From: a bacterium
GTDB taxonomy: Bacteria > Zhuqueibacterota > Zhuqueibacteria > Oceanimicrobiales > Oceanimicrobiaceae
Assembly (NCBI GenBank): GCA_046757525.1
Contig: JBHHYI010000061.1
Coordinates: 1-22,794, forward strand
Reading direction: 5' to 3'
Length of the DNA: 22,794 bases
In this document: positions 8,196 to 16,809 of the stretch, one piece after another
How positions within the stretch are numbered: the first letter of the stretch is position 1
How the letters are laid out: every line of letters starts with the position of its first letter
Position numbers and translations under genes: made by a program
The notes under the pieces: model-generated
What the model was told of the DNA's origin: nothing
The model's database searches: none
What the model saw: the letters and a program-made list of their open reading frames with translations, nothing else

Positions 8196-9482
8196 ATGAA
8201 TGTCAATAGTGTGAATCGTGCACGGGTTTTCTTGCTCTCTGGCCTGATGGCATTGCTGGTTTTGTCTGTCCTCTCAACAGAAACCCAGGCTACAAACGGC
8301 TACTTCAGACATGGCTATGGCACAAAAAACAAGGGCTTAGCAGGCGCTGGTGTTGCCCTGCCATTGAACACCATGATTGCCGTAACCAATCCGGCGGGCA
8401 TGGTTTTTATCGGCAGGCGTTATGACATCGGGTTCTCCTTGTTTAATCCTAATCGAGAATATACCGTCAAAGGCGCACCCTCCGGGGGGCAAGGAACGTT
8501 TGGCTTGATTCCCAGCAACGTGGACAGCGACGCCAAGCCTTTTTTTATTCCGGCCCTGGGCGCCAACTGGATGTTAGATGAAAACAGCTCTGTGGGCGTT
8601 TCTCTTTTTGGGAACGGCGGCATGAACACCACCTACCCATCCGGCACGTTTTTTGGCAGCACCCCCACAGGCGTTGACCTTTCCCAGATTTTTTTGGGCG
8701 TAACCTACGCGCGCAAGATAAACGACAAGCATGCCTTTGGCATCACGCCAATTCTCGCTTTCCAGATCTTCCAGGTCAGAGGCATCGAAGCTTTTGCCAA
8801 TTTTTCCCGCGATCCGGCGGATATCACCAACAAAGGCAAAAGCACTTCACCAGGCTTCGGTTTGCGCTTTGGCTATCTGGGGGAGTGGTTACCTTTCCTT
8901 TCTGTTGGGGCAGCGTTTCAGACCAAAATCTACATGAGTAAATTCGACGATTATGCCGGTTTGTTCGCTGAGCAAGGGGACTTCGACGTGCCGCTCAATT
9001 GGGTCGCGGGTGTGGCCTTAAAAGCCACTCCGGATTTAACGTTCGTTTTCGATGTCCAGCAAATCATGTACAGCGACATTAACTCCGTGGGCAATCCTAT
9101 GAATCCGCAGAACTTCCAGCAAGGGATCTTGCTGGGCGACGATAATGGCTCCGGCTTTGGCTGGGATGACATGACCATCGTCAAGTTCGGCGTTCAGTGG
9201 GCAGGCCCGGGCGGTTGGACCTGGCGCGGAGGCTATTCCTTTGGCGACCAACCCATTCCCAGCAGCGAGGTACTCTTTAACATCCTCGCACCCGGTGTGA
9301 TCGAACAGCACATTACTTTCGGATTCTCCAAAAATGTGGCGGATGGCAGGGAAGTTAGTCTGGCAATCATGTACGCGCCCTCGAAAACCGTAAGCGGTCC
9401 CAATCCGTTGGATCCAGTAGCACAGCAGACCATCGACCTCAAGATGAACCAATGGGAAATCGATGTAAGCTTAGGATTTTGA
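8196..9482 (+). CDS. fadL: Outer-membrane hydrophobic-compound transporter, FadL/OmpP1/TodX family
   Basis: Signal peptide then TNGYFRHGYGTKNKGLAGAGVA, hatch motif NPAG, amphipathic beta strands, C-terminal Phe; ATG 8196 behind AAGGAGG. Confidence 0.9.
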   Translation: MNVNSVNRARVFLLSGLMALLVLSVLSTETQATNGYFRHGYGTKNKGLAGAGVALPLNTMIAVTNPAGMVFIGRRYDIGFSLFNPNREYTVKGAPSGGQGTFGLIPSNVDSDAKPFFIPALGANWMLDENSSVGVSLFGNGGMNTTYPSGTFFGSTPTGVDLSQIFLGVTYARKINDKHAFGITPILAFQIFQVRGIEAFANFSRDPADITNKGKSTSPGFGLRFGYLGEWLPFLSVGAAFQTKIYMSKFDDYAGLFAEQGDFDVPLNWVAGVALKATPDLTFVFDVQQIMYSDINSVGNPMNPQNFQQGILLGDDNGSGFGWDDMTIVKFGVQWAGPGGWTWRGGYSFGDQPIPSSEVLFNILAPGVIEQHITFGFSKNVADGREVSLAIMYAPSKTVSGPNPLDPVAQQTIDLKMNQWEIDVSLGF

Positions 9483-9702
9483 TTGAAAGAAAACTTGGGG
9501 GGAAACAGTTGAAGCAGGCAGGCTGGAGAATGTACGGAACATGCCATCACTCTCGAATGCAGTAGGTACTGACGCATGCGGATGTGTCTCCCTGCAAACA
9601 CAGACGGAACTTCCATCTGCGTTTGACTGCGAATGCGATTATCGAGCCCGGGCCAGCGACTCTAACTCAATTCTTCAGCCTGTTAATTTTGCCCCGATCT
9701 GG

Positions 9703-9993
9703 TTACTCGAGTTGAATCAAACCAGACTGTCCTTCTGGGTGTTTTTCCTGCAAATGGTAGAGCATCAGGTCAAAGGCCACCATTCTGATTTCACGTTTGT
9801 ATTCTTCTAAAACCGAAGCCTTTTTTCGCAACGGCGCTTTTACGCCTTCACCGCACAAAGGACACGCCATTTCATACACCATCCTGCCGGAATCTTCTTC
9901 TGTGTAAATTCTCACCTCTTCGGCATGAACATCGACAAGATGCGCATGTAGATCCATGCGATGACCGGCGAATTTGCAGTAAGGACAGTTCAA
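9703..9993 (-). CDS. Small protein with two C2H2-like zinc-binding motifs
   Basis: CPYC-x12-HLVDVH and CPLC...HLQEKH; start uncertain (TTG 9993 or TTG 10038; the ORF-track start at 10119 overlaps the upstream gene). Confidence 0.7.
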   Translation of the reverse strand: MNCPYCKFAGHRMDLHAHLVDVHAEEVRIYTEEDSGRMVYEMACPLCGEGVKAPLRKKASVLEEYKREIRMVAFDLMLYHLQEKHPEGQSGLIQLE

Positions 9994-10045
9994 AGAAATT
10001 CCAGTAGACTTTTTCTGAATTCGGTGTTCAATTTCCAAATCCAGG

Positions 10046-10534
10046 CTAAAGAAGCTCTGGCAGCTTGTCCAAAAGCAATTTGAGCAACGACTCCCGCGTC
10101 TGCTGCAACAATGCCACAACCCTTTCAGCCGCTTTGGTTGCCTGCACCTGACCCGTTTGCACGTCCTTGGTAGCCAGACCTACCTGAATGAGATCGTTGA
10201 CCCGTTCGCTCACCGACAGGCGACTCAAACCGCACGCCTGCACAAGCTCCGCGAGCGACACAGATGCTTGATTTTGCAATTGCTGCAAAATCGAGAAATT
10301 AGCAGGCTGCAAGGCCAGTGCAAAGGCTCGCAGAACCAAATCCTCTGCAACCTGTCGCAACTCTTCGGGTTTTTCAACCACGCTTTGCAGCCAACGTCCT
10401 TCACCCTGCGCCGCTTCCCCGGCAGGTGACATGCCGACAAAGCGGTCGGCCTGGTCGAGCACCAGGGCAATGGCACGAAAACGGTGCCAGAGGTCAAGAG
10501 CGATGTCTGTAACTAAATCAGCTAAATCATCCAT
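10046..10534 (-). CDS. Protein with C-terminal winged helix-turn-helix (MarR/ArsR-like) domain
   Basis: FSILQQLQ...SLAELVQACGLSRLSVSERVNDLIQVGLA...VQATKAA matches the wHTH pattern; co-directional with emo. Confidence 0.72.
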   Translation of the reverse strand: MDDLADLVTDIALDLWHRFRAIALVLDQADRFVGMSPAGEAAQGEGRWLQSVVEKPEELRQVAEDLVLRAFALALQPANFSILQQLQNQASVSLAELVQACGLSRLSVSERVNDLIQVGLATKDVQTGQVQATKAAERVVALLQQTRESLLKLLLDKLPELL

Positions 10535-10632
10535 AGTTCTATTTTGATTCAGGGTGTTACGGTGTCCTTCAGTGTTTAATCATTCATTCTCGTGCCAATC
10601 CCTCCCCAACTGGCGCTGCCGCAGTTGGCGTC

Positions 10633-12717
10633 TCAGAGAGCTTCAGCCACCAATTCAATGATGTCCTTCACCTCGATTTTGCCTTCGTTGCCGGAGGTTT
10701 TCACGGCGTCGCTGTACATGGTGTAGTCTTTGGGGCAAGCGACAATGAAATAGTCGACGTCGCCCAAAGTTAGGGCCTCCTTGATGCGCATTTCGCTGGG
10801 ACGTTCCTGGATGTCCGAATCGTCCATCCAGATGCGGCCGCCGCCGGCACCGCAGCAAAAAGTGTTGGTACCACAGCGCGGCATCTCGTGCAACTGCACC
10901 CCCAGGGCTTGCAGCACGCGCCGGGGCGCAGAAGTTTCTTTGTTGTAGCGACCCAGATAGCACGGATCGTGGTAGGTGACTTTGTAATTGAGCTTCTTGG
11001 AGAGCTTCAGGTGGCCTTCATCGAGCAGCCTGGCTAACAAACCGGTGTAATGGCTGATGGTGTACTCACCACCGAACTCAGGATATTCATTTCTAATGGT
11101 GTTGAAGGTGTGCGGGTCGGTAGTGAAAATCTCTTTGAATTTGGCCCGATTCAAGACGGCGAGGTTGTCTTCGACCAGCATTTCGAACAGGCCTTCTTCG
11201 CCAACCCGGCGCACATCGTTGCCCGAGTTCTTTTCGCCATCGTACAGAAGCCCGTAATCCACGCCGACCTCGTGGAGCACCCGGGCCACGGTGCGCGACA
11301 ATTCCTGCAGTCTCGGATCGAAGGAAGCGTAATCTCCGACGTACCACAGGTAATCGGCTGCTTCTCGACGAGCGTCCTTGATTTTGAAGTCCAGACTCTG
11401 GGTCCATTTGCCGCGTGCGCGTTCGGGCTGGCCGAAAGAGTTGCCGTAATCACCGATGTTCATCAACGCATCCTGCAGGGTGTCATCCAGGTCACCCTGG
11501 TCGACCAGGCGGCGACGCATTTGCACGATGCTGGTGAGATGTTCGATGCCTACCGGGCAGGCCTCCACGCAGGCCATGCAAGTGGTGCAGGCCCACAGCG
11601 TTTCTTTTTTGATCACCTCTCCGGCGACTGCCGCACCGTCCTTCTTGTAACCAGGCCATTTAGAACCGCCGTTGAATTTTTGCTTGAGCCATTCGGAAAT
11701 GCCCATGGTGGCGTCGCTGTACGTTCGCAAGTCGAGGATTAAATCGCGCGGTGATAAAGGTGTGCCGGAAGCGCGTGCGGGACAGGCGATGTGGCAGCGC
11801 CCACATTTGGTGCAGGAGTCAAAATCCAACAATTCTTTCCAGGTAAAGTCTTCGATCTTGCTGTACCCCATGCCGTCTTTCATGGCCTCTTCCGGAATGC
11901 GCGGCAGACGTTGAGCGGCCGTTTCATCGGTAAACATCAGGTTGGCGTAATCCACCAGCATGTGCATGGCTTTGGAATAAGGAATGTAAGCGACGAAAAC
12001 CAGCACCAGAATAGCATGAAACCACCAGGTGTAGAGGTGCAGCGTGTTGGCAGAAGCGGTGAGTCCCAAAGCATCGGTCAGGTCGGCCAGGACCCAGCCC
12101 ACGGGAGACCAGACCTCAAATGCGGGCCTGTCGGCAGCGATGCGCAAGCCTTCGATAAAGAATCCCGTCAAGCCTATGACCAGCAACAAGCCGAGAAAGA
12201 TTTTGTCGTCCAGGCTGTAAGCAGAGCGATTGTACTGATTCTCTTTCAGGTCAACCCGTGCGTAATCGAGCTGCGGCGGCTGCATGGCACCGCGCCGCAG
12301 CATCATCATGAGCAAGCCGGCCAGGAAAAGCACGCCGAAAATGTCCAGCACGACCGAGAAGCCCAGATAGAAAGAGCCTTGCAAAAGATGCACGCCAACA
12401 AACCGCAGCATGTCGTGATCGATGGCAACGATGACCGTTCCCACAAAAAGAATGGCAAACCCCCAGAAAATCAGCGTGTGCGCAAGCCCGGCAAAGGCGT
12501 CGCGTTTCCAGATCGTGGAGTTCTGCGCCATGATCCTCGCGGCTTTAACAAACCGCTGCCCAAGATGGTTGAACCGATGCGCTGGCTTGCCCCGACGATA
12601 TTTTCTGATGCGCAAGTAAAACCCGTACAGAAACACCCCGATGGCGCTAAAACTGACGACATAGAAGATGAGCTGCATCAAAAATGGGAAGTTGCGAAAG
12701 ATTTCTCGGGTTGGCAT
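10633..12717 (-). CDS. emo: ETF:(methyl)menaquinone oxidoreductase (EMO/FadF-like): cytochrome b membrane domain + 2x[4Fe-4S] + CCG domains
   Basis: About 6 TM helices with His (AHTLIFWGF, WWFHA, AMHML); CTKCGRCHIACP, CTTCMACVEACP; HDPCYLGR, CCGAGGG; near etfBA. Confidence 0.88.
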   Translation of the reverse strand: MPTREIFRNFPFLMQLIFYVVSFSAIGVFLYGFYLRIRKYRRGKPAHRFNHLGQRFVKAARIMAQNSTIWKRDAFAGLAHTLIFWGFAILFVGTVIVAIDHDMLRFVGVHLLQGSFYLGFSVVLDIFGVLFLAGLLMMMLRRGAMQPPQLDYARVDLKENQYNRSAYSLDDKIFLGLLLVIGLTGFFIEGLRIAADRPAFEVWSPVGWVLADLTDALGLTASANTLHLYTWWFHAILVLVFVAYIPYSKAMHMLVDYANLMFTDETAAQRLPRIPEEAMKDGMGYSKIEDFTWKELLDFDSCTKCGRCHIACPARASGTPLSPRDLILDLRTYSDATMGISEWLKQKFNGGSKWPGYKKDGAAVAGEVIKKETLWACTTCMACVEACPVGIEHLTSIVQMRRRLVDQGDLDDTLQDALMNIGDYGNSFGQPERARGKWTQSLDFKIKDARREAADYLWYVGDYASFDPRLQELSRTVARVLHEVGVDYGLLYDGEKNSGNDVRRVGEEGLFEMLVEDNLAVLNRAKFKEIFTTDPHTFNTIRNEYPEFGGEYTISHYTGLLARLLDEGHLKLSKKLNYKVTYHDPCYLGRYNKETSAPRRVLQALGVQLHEMPRCGTNTFCCGAGGGRIWMDDSDIQERPSEMRIKEALTLGDVDYFIVACPKDYTMYSDAVKTSGNEGKIEVKDIIELVAEAL

Positions 12718-12859
12718 GGTTTTCTCTCCCTTATTCAGGCCCTGATTGTCCAGACTGCTTTTGTTCAGTTAGGATTTGGATGAAACGCCAAATCAGGCCA
12801 AGAAACACGGAATAAATGCTGATTTGCGATTTTAAATACAGAGAACGCGCATGAGATTA

Positions 12860-12888
12860 TTGACACTATCAAAACTTTTTTCTATATT
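12860..12888 (+). promoter_or_regulatory. Sigma70-type promoter for the antisense two-gene insert
   Basis: TTGACA-17 nt-TATATT; overlapped by inverted repeat ATCAAAA (12868) / TTTTGAT (12891). Confidence 0.7.
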
Positions 12889-12916
12889 AATTTTGATCGT
12901 AACCATTCAGCCTGTC

Positions 12917-13022
12917 GTCATTCCTGCATGTTTTAAGCAGGAATCCATGTTTTGCTGACGTTCAGAATAGTCTGGAGGTCGCATGACTTATGGATTCCCG
13001 ATAAAAGCACTCGGGAATGACA
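12917..13022. repeat. REP doublet (GTCATTCC...GGAATCCA / TGGATTCC...GGAATGAC)
   Basis: GTCATTCCTGCATGTTTTAAGCAGGAATCCA (12917-12947) and TGGATTCCCGATAAAAGCACTCGGGAATGACA (12991-13022): two hairpins in inverted orientation. Confidence 0.85.
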
Positions 13023-13261
13023 GACGAAAGATGGCAACATATTGTAGAACGTCATGCTGAATTAATTCCCTTAAGAGACGAAATTCTAAAAACGATCCGT
13101 GTCGGGAGACGAAGGCAAGACAAACTGTTCCCGGATACGTTCTTTATACTAAAAATTGTAAACATTTGCCTTTCGACTATACACATGTTGAAGTCGTTGT
13201 CTTTTTCCGAAAAAAGGGGAATTCTGTCGTAACAGCCTATCCAGTAGCGAGAGTGCGATAA
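13017..13261 (+). pseudogene. Frameshifted small toxin-like gene (BrnT/RelE-like pattern) paired with DUF2283-like gene
   Basis: TDERWQHIVERH... then, after a frame change near TTCTTTAT (about 13140-13147), YTKNCKHLPFDYTHVEVVVFFRKKGNSVVTAYPVARVR* ending 2 nt before the next ATG; VVTAY is typical of this class; the ATG comes from the REP end. Confidence 0.65.
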
Positions 13262-13263
13262 AT

Positions 13264-13602
13264 ATGAAACTATTATATGATGAAGAACACGACATCTTAG
13301 ATGTAATGTTCAATGCGTCCAAACAAACTTCCTCAAAAGTTGGCTATGAACTTCGTGACGGTATCGTGCTTTATACCGCCACGGGCCTGGCACCAATCCA
13401 GTTGACTCTGGTCAACTTTCGAAGATTAACGCAACTCCCTGTAATCCATTTTGACCTCTTAGAACAACAGCCTGATCAAACGCGGCAAAAGCTAATATCG
13501 ATCATTTCCTCCTCACCCCTGGCTGCCTTCCTGCGCATCGACCCCGACACGTTTTACGGCCATGTCATGAGTCCCGCTTTGTTAGACGTCTGTCAGCAGT
13601 AG
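13264..13602 (+). CDS. DUF2283-like protein (putative antitoxin)
   Basis: N-terminus MKLLYDEEHDILDVMF...ELRDGIVL fits the YD-x-E-x-D-x-L pattern of DUF2283. Confidence 0.68.
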   Translation: MKLLYDEEHDILDVMFNASKQTSSKVGYELRDGIVLYTATGLAPIQLTLVNFRRLTQLPVIHFDLLEQQPDQTRQKLISIISSSPLAAFLRIDPDTFYGHVMSPALLDVCQQ

Positions 13603-13741
13603 CTGCCGCTGAATGGGTGGCATTCCTTTCCTAGCCACACCGTCCCTTGCAATTTCGCTCAAAATGAATCCCTTTCATGTCTTGCTGAACAAATGGCACC
13701 AGCGTGTAAGAAACCATCTGGGCCGATCCAAGGCAATTTCT

Positions 13742-14710
13742 CTACCCCTTCAATTTCTCTGTCAGCGCTGGCACGATGTCGAACAGGTCAGCGGTGATAC
13801 CGTAGTGGGCATAGTCAAAGATCGGGGCATTGGGATCGGTATTGATGGCCATGATGAGCTCGGCATCCTTCATGCCTTCGATGTGCTCGGGCGCGCCACT
13901 GATGCCCACTGCCAGGTAGAGCTTGGGCTTCACTTTTACCCCGGATTTACCCACCTGCCGCGTTTTCGGCAGCCACTTATTGTCAACGATGGGACGGGAG
14001 GACGATAAAGCGCCTCCCAGAGCCTCGGCGAGTTCCTGAACCACGGGAATGTTGTCTTCGCTCTGAATCCCGCGTCCGACGCTCACTAAAATGTCTTGCT
14101 GGGTGATGTCCACATCGCCAGCTTCGGGTTCGATGAGCTGCTTGAAACGGACCCGCGTCTGGTTTATCGCATCCGGCGCATCCATCTCCTCGATCTCAGG
14201 GGCGCCATCGCTTCTGCCCGCCTCGGCTGGTAGGGAACCGGCGATGACTGACACCACCGCCTGCTCGCTGTCGAACCGCGATTCAACATTCATTTTGCCC
14301 CCGTAGAGTTGACTTGTCACGGTCAAGCCGCCGTTGTCGAAACCAAGATCCGTGGCGTAAGCCACCAGAGGCAAATTTAGATCCACAGAAAGCCCGGCCG
14401 CCAGGTCCATGCCCATGGACGTATTGGGCACCAGGACGACTCTGGGATTCTGGGCTTGCACGACCTCCGCAAGAATTAGAGCGTAGGCTTCCGGGTTGAA
14501 CTGGGCCAACTGTTCATGATCGACGTAGACGACCTTGTGCGCTGCCCCCATTTGTTCGGCCAAACTCTTCACGCCATGGCCAAGCAGAACGCCCATGAGT
14601 TTGCCACCCGCAGCCTGGGCCAGCTCCCGACCTTTGCCAAGCAATTCAAAAGTCACATCTTCCAGGTTGCCTTTTAAGTGTTCCGCAACCACAAAAATGT
14701 CGTTACTCAT
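13742..14710 (-). CDS. etfA: Electron transfer flavoprotein alpha subunit
   Basis: LVSVGRG, SSRPIVD, RQVGKSG, PKLYLAVGISGAPEHIEGM, AINTDPNAPIF; ATGA overlap with etfB. Confidence 0.96.
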   Translation of the reverse strand: MSNDIFVVAEHLKGNLEDVTFELLGKGRELAQAAGGKLMGVLLGHGVKSLAEQMGAAHKVVYVDHEQLAQFNPEAYALILAEVVQAQNPRVVLVPNTSMGMDLAAGLSVDLNLPLVAYATDLGFDNGGLTVTSQLYGGKMNVESRFDSEQAVVSVIAGSLPAEAGRSDGAPEIEEMDAPDAINQTRVRFKQLIEPEAGDVDITQQDILVSVGRGIQSEDNIPVVQELAEALGGALSSSRPIVDNKWLPKTRQVGKSGVKVKPKLYLAVGISGAPEHIEGMKDAELIMAINTDPNAPIFDYAHYGITADLFDIVPALTEKLKG

Positions 14711-15474
14711 GCCTTAATTCCCTTCTCTTTTAGGATATTCAATATCTTGTCAACAATTTCTTCGGGGGCGCCCTCCAGCATTTCAGCGCCAGCGCCCGTC
14801 TCCGGCTTGAATATCCGTTGCACGCTGGAACCGACGGGTACCTCCGCCTGGCCAGCGGCCACCTCGTCCAGGGAGGTTTGACGCATGGCCTGACGCACGC
14901 GGCTGACCGGGGCGTAGCGTGGCGTTTCGCGCGCGGCCTGAACGCCCAGCACGGCTGGAAGATCGACTTCAAACTCACCCATGATGCCGCCGGAGTATTC
15001 TTTGTGGACGATCGCTTTATTGTTGTCAATCCTGACGCCGGTCACCACGCTCACGTGCGGGAGCCCCAGATAGTGGGCCAAAAGCACAGCAATCTGGCCA
15101 TCGCGATCATCCGCTGCCTGTACGCCAGTGAGGACCAAATCGTACTCCATGCCTTTGATCACACCCGCCAGGGCCTGCGCAGCCACGTGACTGGCGACCC
15201 CGGCACCAAAATCACCTGTAACTTTGACCAGCTTGTCCGCGCCTTTGGCTGCAGCGGTAAAAAGCGTCTTGTCGATCCCTTCACTGTCCAGTGCCACCAC
15301 CGTAACCTGCCCCCCCACTTCTTCCTTCAACTGTAAGGCTTCTTCCAGAGCATGGTCGTCAAATTCGTTTATTTTGTATTTCAACCACTCGCGGTTCAGG
15401 TCTTTACCCGATTCGTCGACTTCCAGCTCTTCCACCAGATCGGGCACTTGTTTTATGGGTACAATGATATTCAT
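14707..15474 (-). CDS. etfB: Electron transfer flavoprotein beta subunit
   Basis: MNIIVPIKQVPD, INEFDDHALEEALQLKE, GAD, DLVLTGVQAAD, PRY; AGGAGG RBS. Confidence 0.96.
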   Translation of the reverse strand: MNIIVPIKQVPDLVEELEVDESGKDLNREWLKYKINEFDDHALEEALQLKEEVGGQVTVVALDSEGIDKTLFTAAAKGADKLVKVTGDFGAGVASHVAAQALAGVIKGMEYDLVLTGVQAADDRDGQIAVLLAHYLGLPHVSVVTGVRIDNNKAIVHKEYSGGIMGEFEVDLPAVLGVQAARETPRYAPVSRVRQAMRQTSLDEVAAGQAEVPVGSSVQRIFKPETGAGAEMLEGAPEEIVDKILNILKEKGIKA

Positions 15475-15501
15475 TTGTTCCTCCTAATCAAAACTTATTT
15501 C

Positions 15502-15639
15502 TTTTGACAGGATTACAGGATTCACGGGATTTCTAATTGACTGTTCCACCCAAAACCAAGCTTAAAGAGTAGACCGCGCTATTGATTGCCTTGATTCTGA
15601 TGAGATCTTATCCTGTTTATCTTGTTCATCCTGTCTAAA
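15502..15639. repeat. Inverted arrays of short tandem ACAGGATT-like units
   Basis: TTTTGACAGGATTACAGGATTCACGGGATT (15502-15531) faces ATCCTGTTTATCTTGTTCATCCTGTCTAAA (15610-15639). Confidence 0.75.
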
Positions 15640-15659
15640 TACGTTACTGTGATTACGTA

Positions 15660-16769
15660 CTAAGCTGCAACTTGCACAGCCCATTGGGGCTCCCTGGGCA
15701 AGCATCCCACTCTACTGTGAATCTCCGGCAGCAGCCTTATGCCGCGGTCAAAATCGACGATACGGTTGATCAGGTAGAACAGGTACATGGTTGTCAACCA
15801 GTTGGTAAATTCCTGCTGACTGCCGACATGTTTTCGCATGTTCAGCATGACCCAGGAAAAATGTTCCCAGACGTCAAAACAGCTTGCGCAATCGCGCTCA
15901 ATGCCGGTGCAACAGCGGCGCGTGGTGAAATCGGCATTGTAAGCACGAAAGTGGCGATTGTACGGCTTGCCGTTCTTGACGCGTTCCTTGTTGACTTCGT
16001 TGTCCGGACTGATGCTGGTACAGACGTCGTAGCCCCAGTGCTCATCGTACAGCCTGCCCGTGGAAACGACCTTGCTGAAATAGGACGTCATCAGAATGCG
16101 ATCCGGGTGGCGCGCAATCATACGCTCAATTTCACGGCGCGCCTGCCCAAATCCCAGACGAAAATCCAACGCGCCGCCCAGGTGATCGAGGTCGCCGTAG
16201 AAGTTGAACAAGACGTAATTGCCATTTTCGACACATTGTTGCACCACGCTTTCGATCTCGTGCGCGTTGTCCGGCGTCACGGTGTAGTACCAGAACGCCC
16301 TGGGATCATGACGGTAGTTTCGCAAAGCCCTGGCGAAAACATCGATCTTGCCACCGCCGCGCAGTCGTTTATCTGTTTCGTGTGCTCCCCAAACAGAGAC
16401 CCCAATGGGCATGTTTTCAAACCCTTCATAAGGGATTTTACGCAGCCCGTTGGTGGCCACATTCATCCAAAAATGGTCGTAGATTTTCTTCAGGCGCCCC
16501 AGCGCCAGCGTCGGTTCCCCACCGACCACCGTAACGAAGGTAGTTCCTCGCGCCTTTTCGCGCGCCACGAAGGCGTCAAATTGTGCCTCGCTTTCCGGAG
16601 AAGCGTAACGGTCCATCTTCTCTGAAAAATAATAACAGCCGGCGCAGCGCAGATTGCAGACCTGGGTAAGGTCTACTGAAATAGATCGCAAGGGACCCGC
16701 TGCTCGAATCTCTGAGTACAATTGCCTGAGAAACGGATCCCGCAAGTATTCTCTTAGTTTAACGGACAT
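15660..16769 (-). CDS. Radical SAM protein of unknown function with Cys-rich C-terminal region
   Basis: CNLRCAGCYY, VGGEPTL, VATNG; C-terminal DVC...RRCCTG...DCASC; AGGAG RBS; 40 nt downstream of lipS2. Confidence 0.88.
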   Translation of the reverse strand: MSVKLREYLRDPFLRQLYSEIRAAGPLRSISVDLTQVCNLRCAGCYYFSEKMDRYASPESEAQFDAFVAREKARGTTFVTVVGGEPTLALGRLKKIYDHFWMNVATNGLRKIPYEGFENMPIGVSVWGAHETDKRLRGGGKIDVFARALRNYRHDPRAFWYYTVTPDNAHEIESVVQQCVENGNYVLFNFYGDLDHLGGALDFRLGFGQARREIERMIARHPDRILMTSYFSKVVSTGRLYDEHWGYDVCTSISPDNEVNKERVKNGKPYNRHFRAYNADFTTRRCCTGIERDCASCFDVWEHFSWVMLNMRKHVGSQQEFTNWLTTMYLFYLINRIVDFDRGIRLLPEIHSRVGCLPREPQWAVQVAA

Positions 16770-16809
16770 TGACTCCTATTCAAAAACTGCAATAAGACTC
16801 TGCCATTCC

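Noticed and set aside
10583..10597. Minus-strand TGGCACGAGAATGAA upstream of the wHTH gene as sigma54 promoter
   Set aside because: Good -24 box but no GC at -12
10606..10628. Hairpin after emo as intrinsic terminator
   Set aside because: No U-tract on either side
10633..15474. Fatty-acid beta-oxidation cluster (etfAB + fadF + fadL)
   Set aside because: No acyl-CoA dehydrogenase, thiolase or hydratase in the window; co-directional with shdr genes, though shared use cannot be excluded
11791..16625. Long plus-strand ORFs (e.g. 11791..12783, 15672..16625; similarly 1594..2301, 2449..3240)
   Set aside because: Antisense shadows of well-supported minus-strand genes with no recognisable motifs
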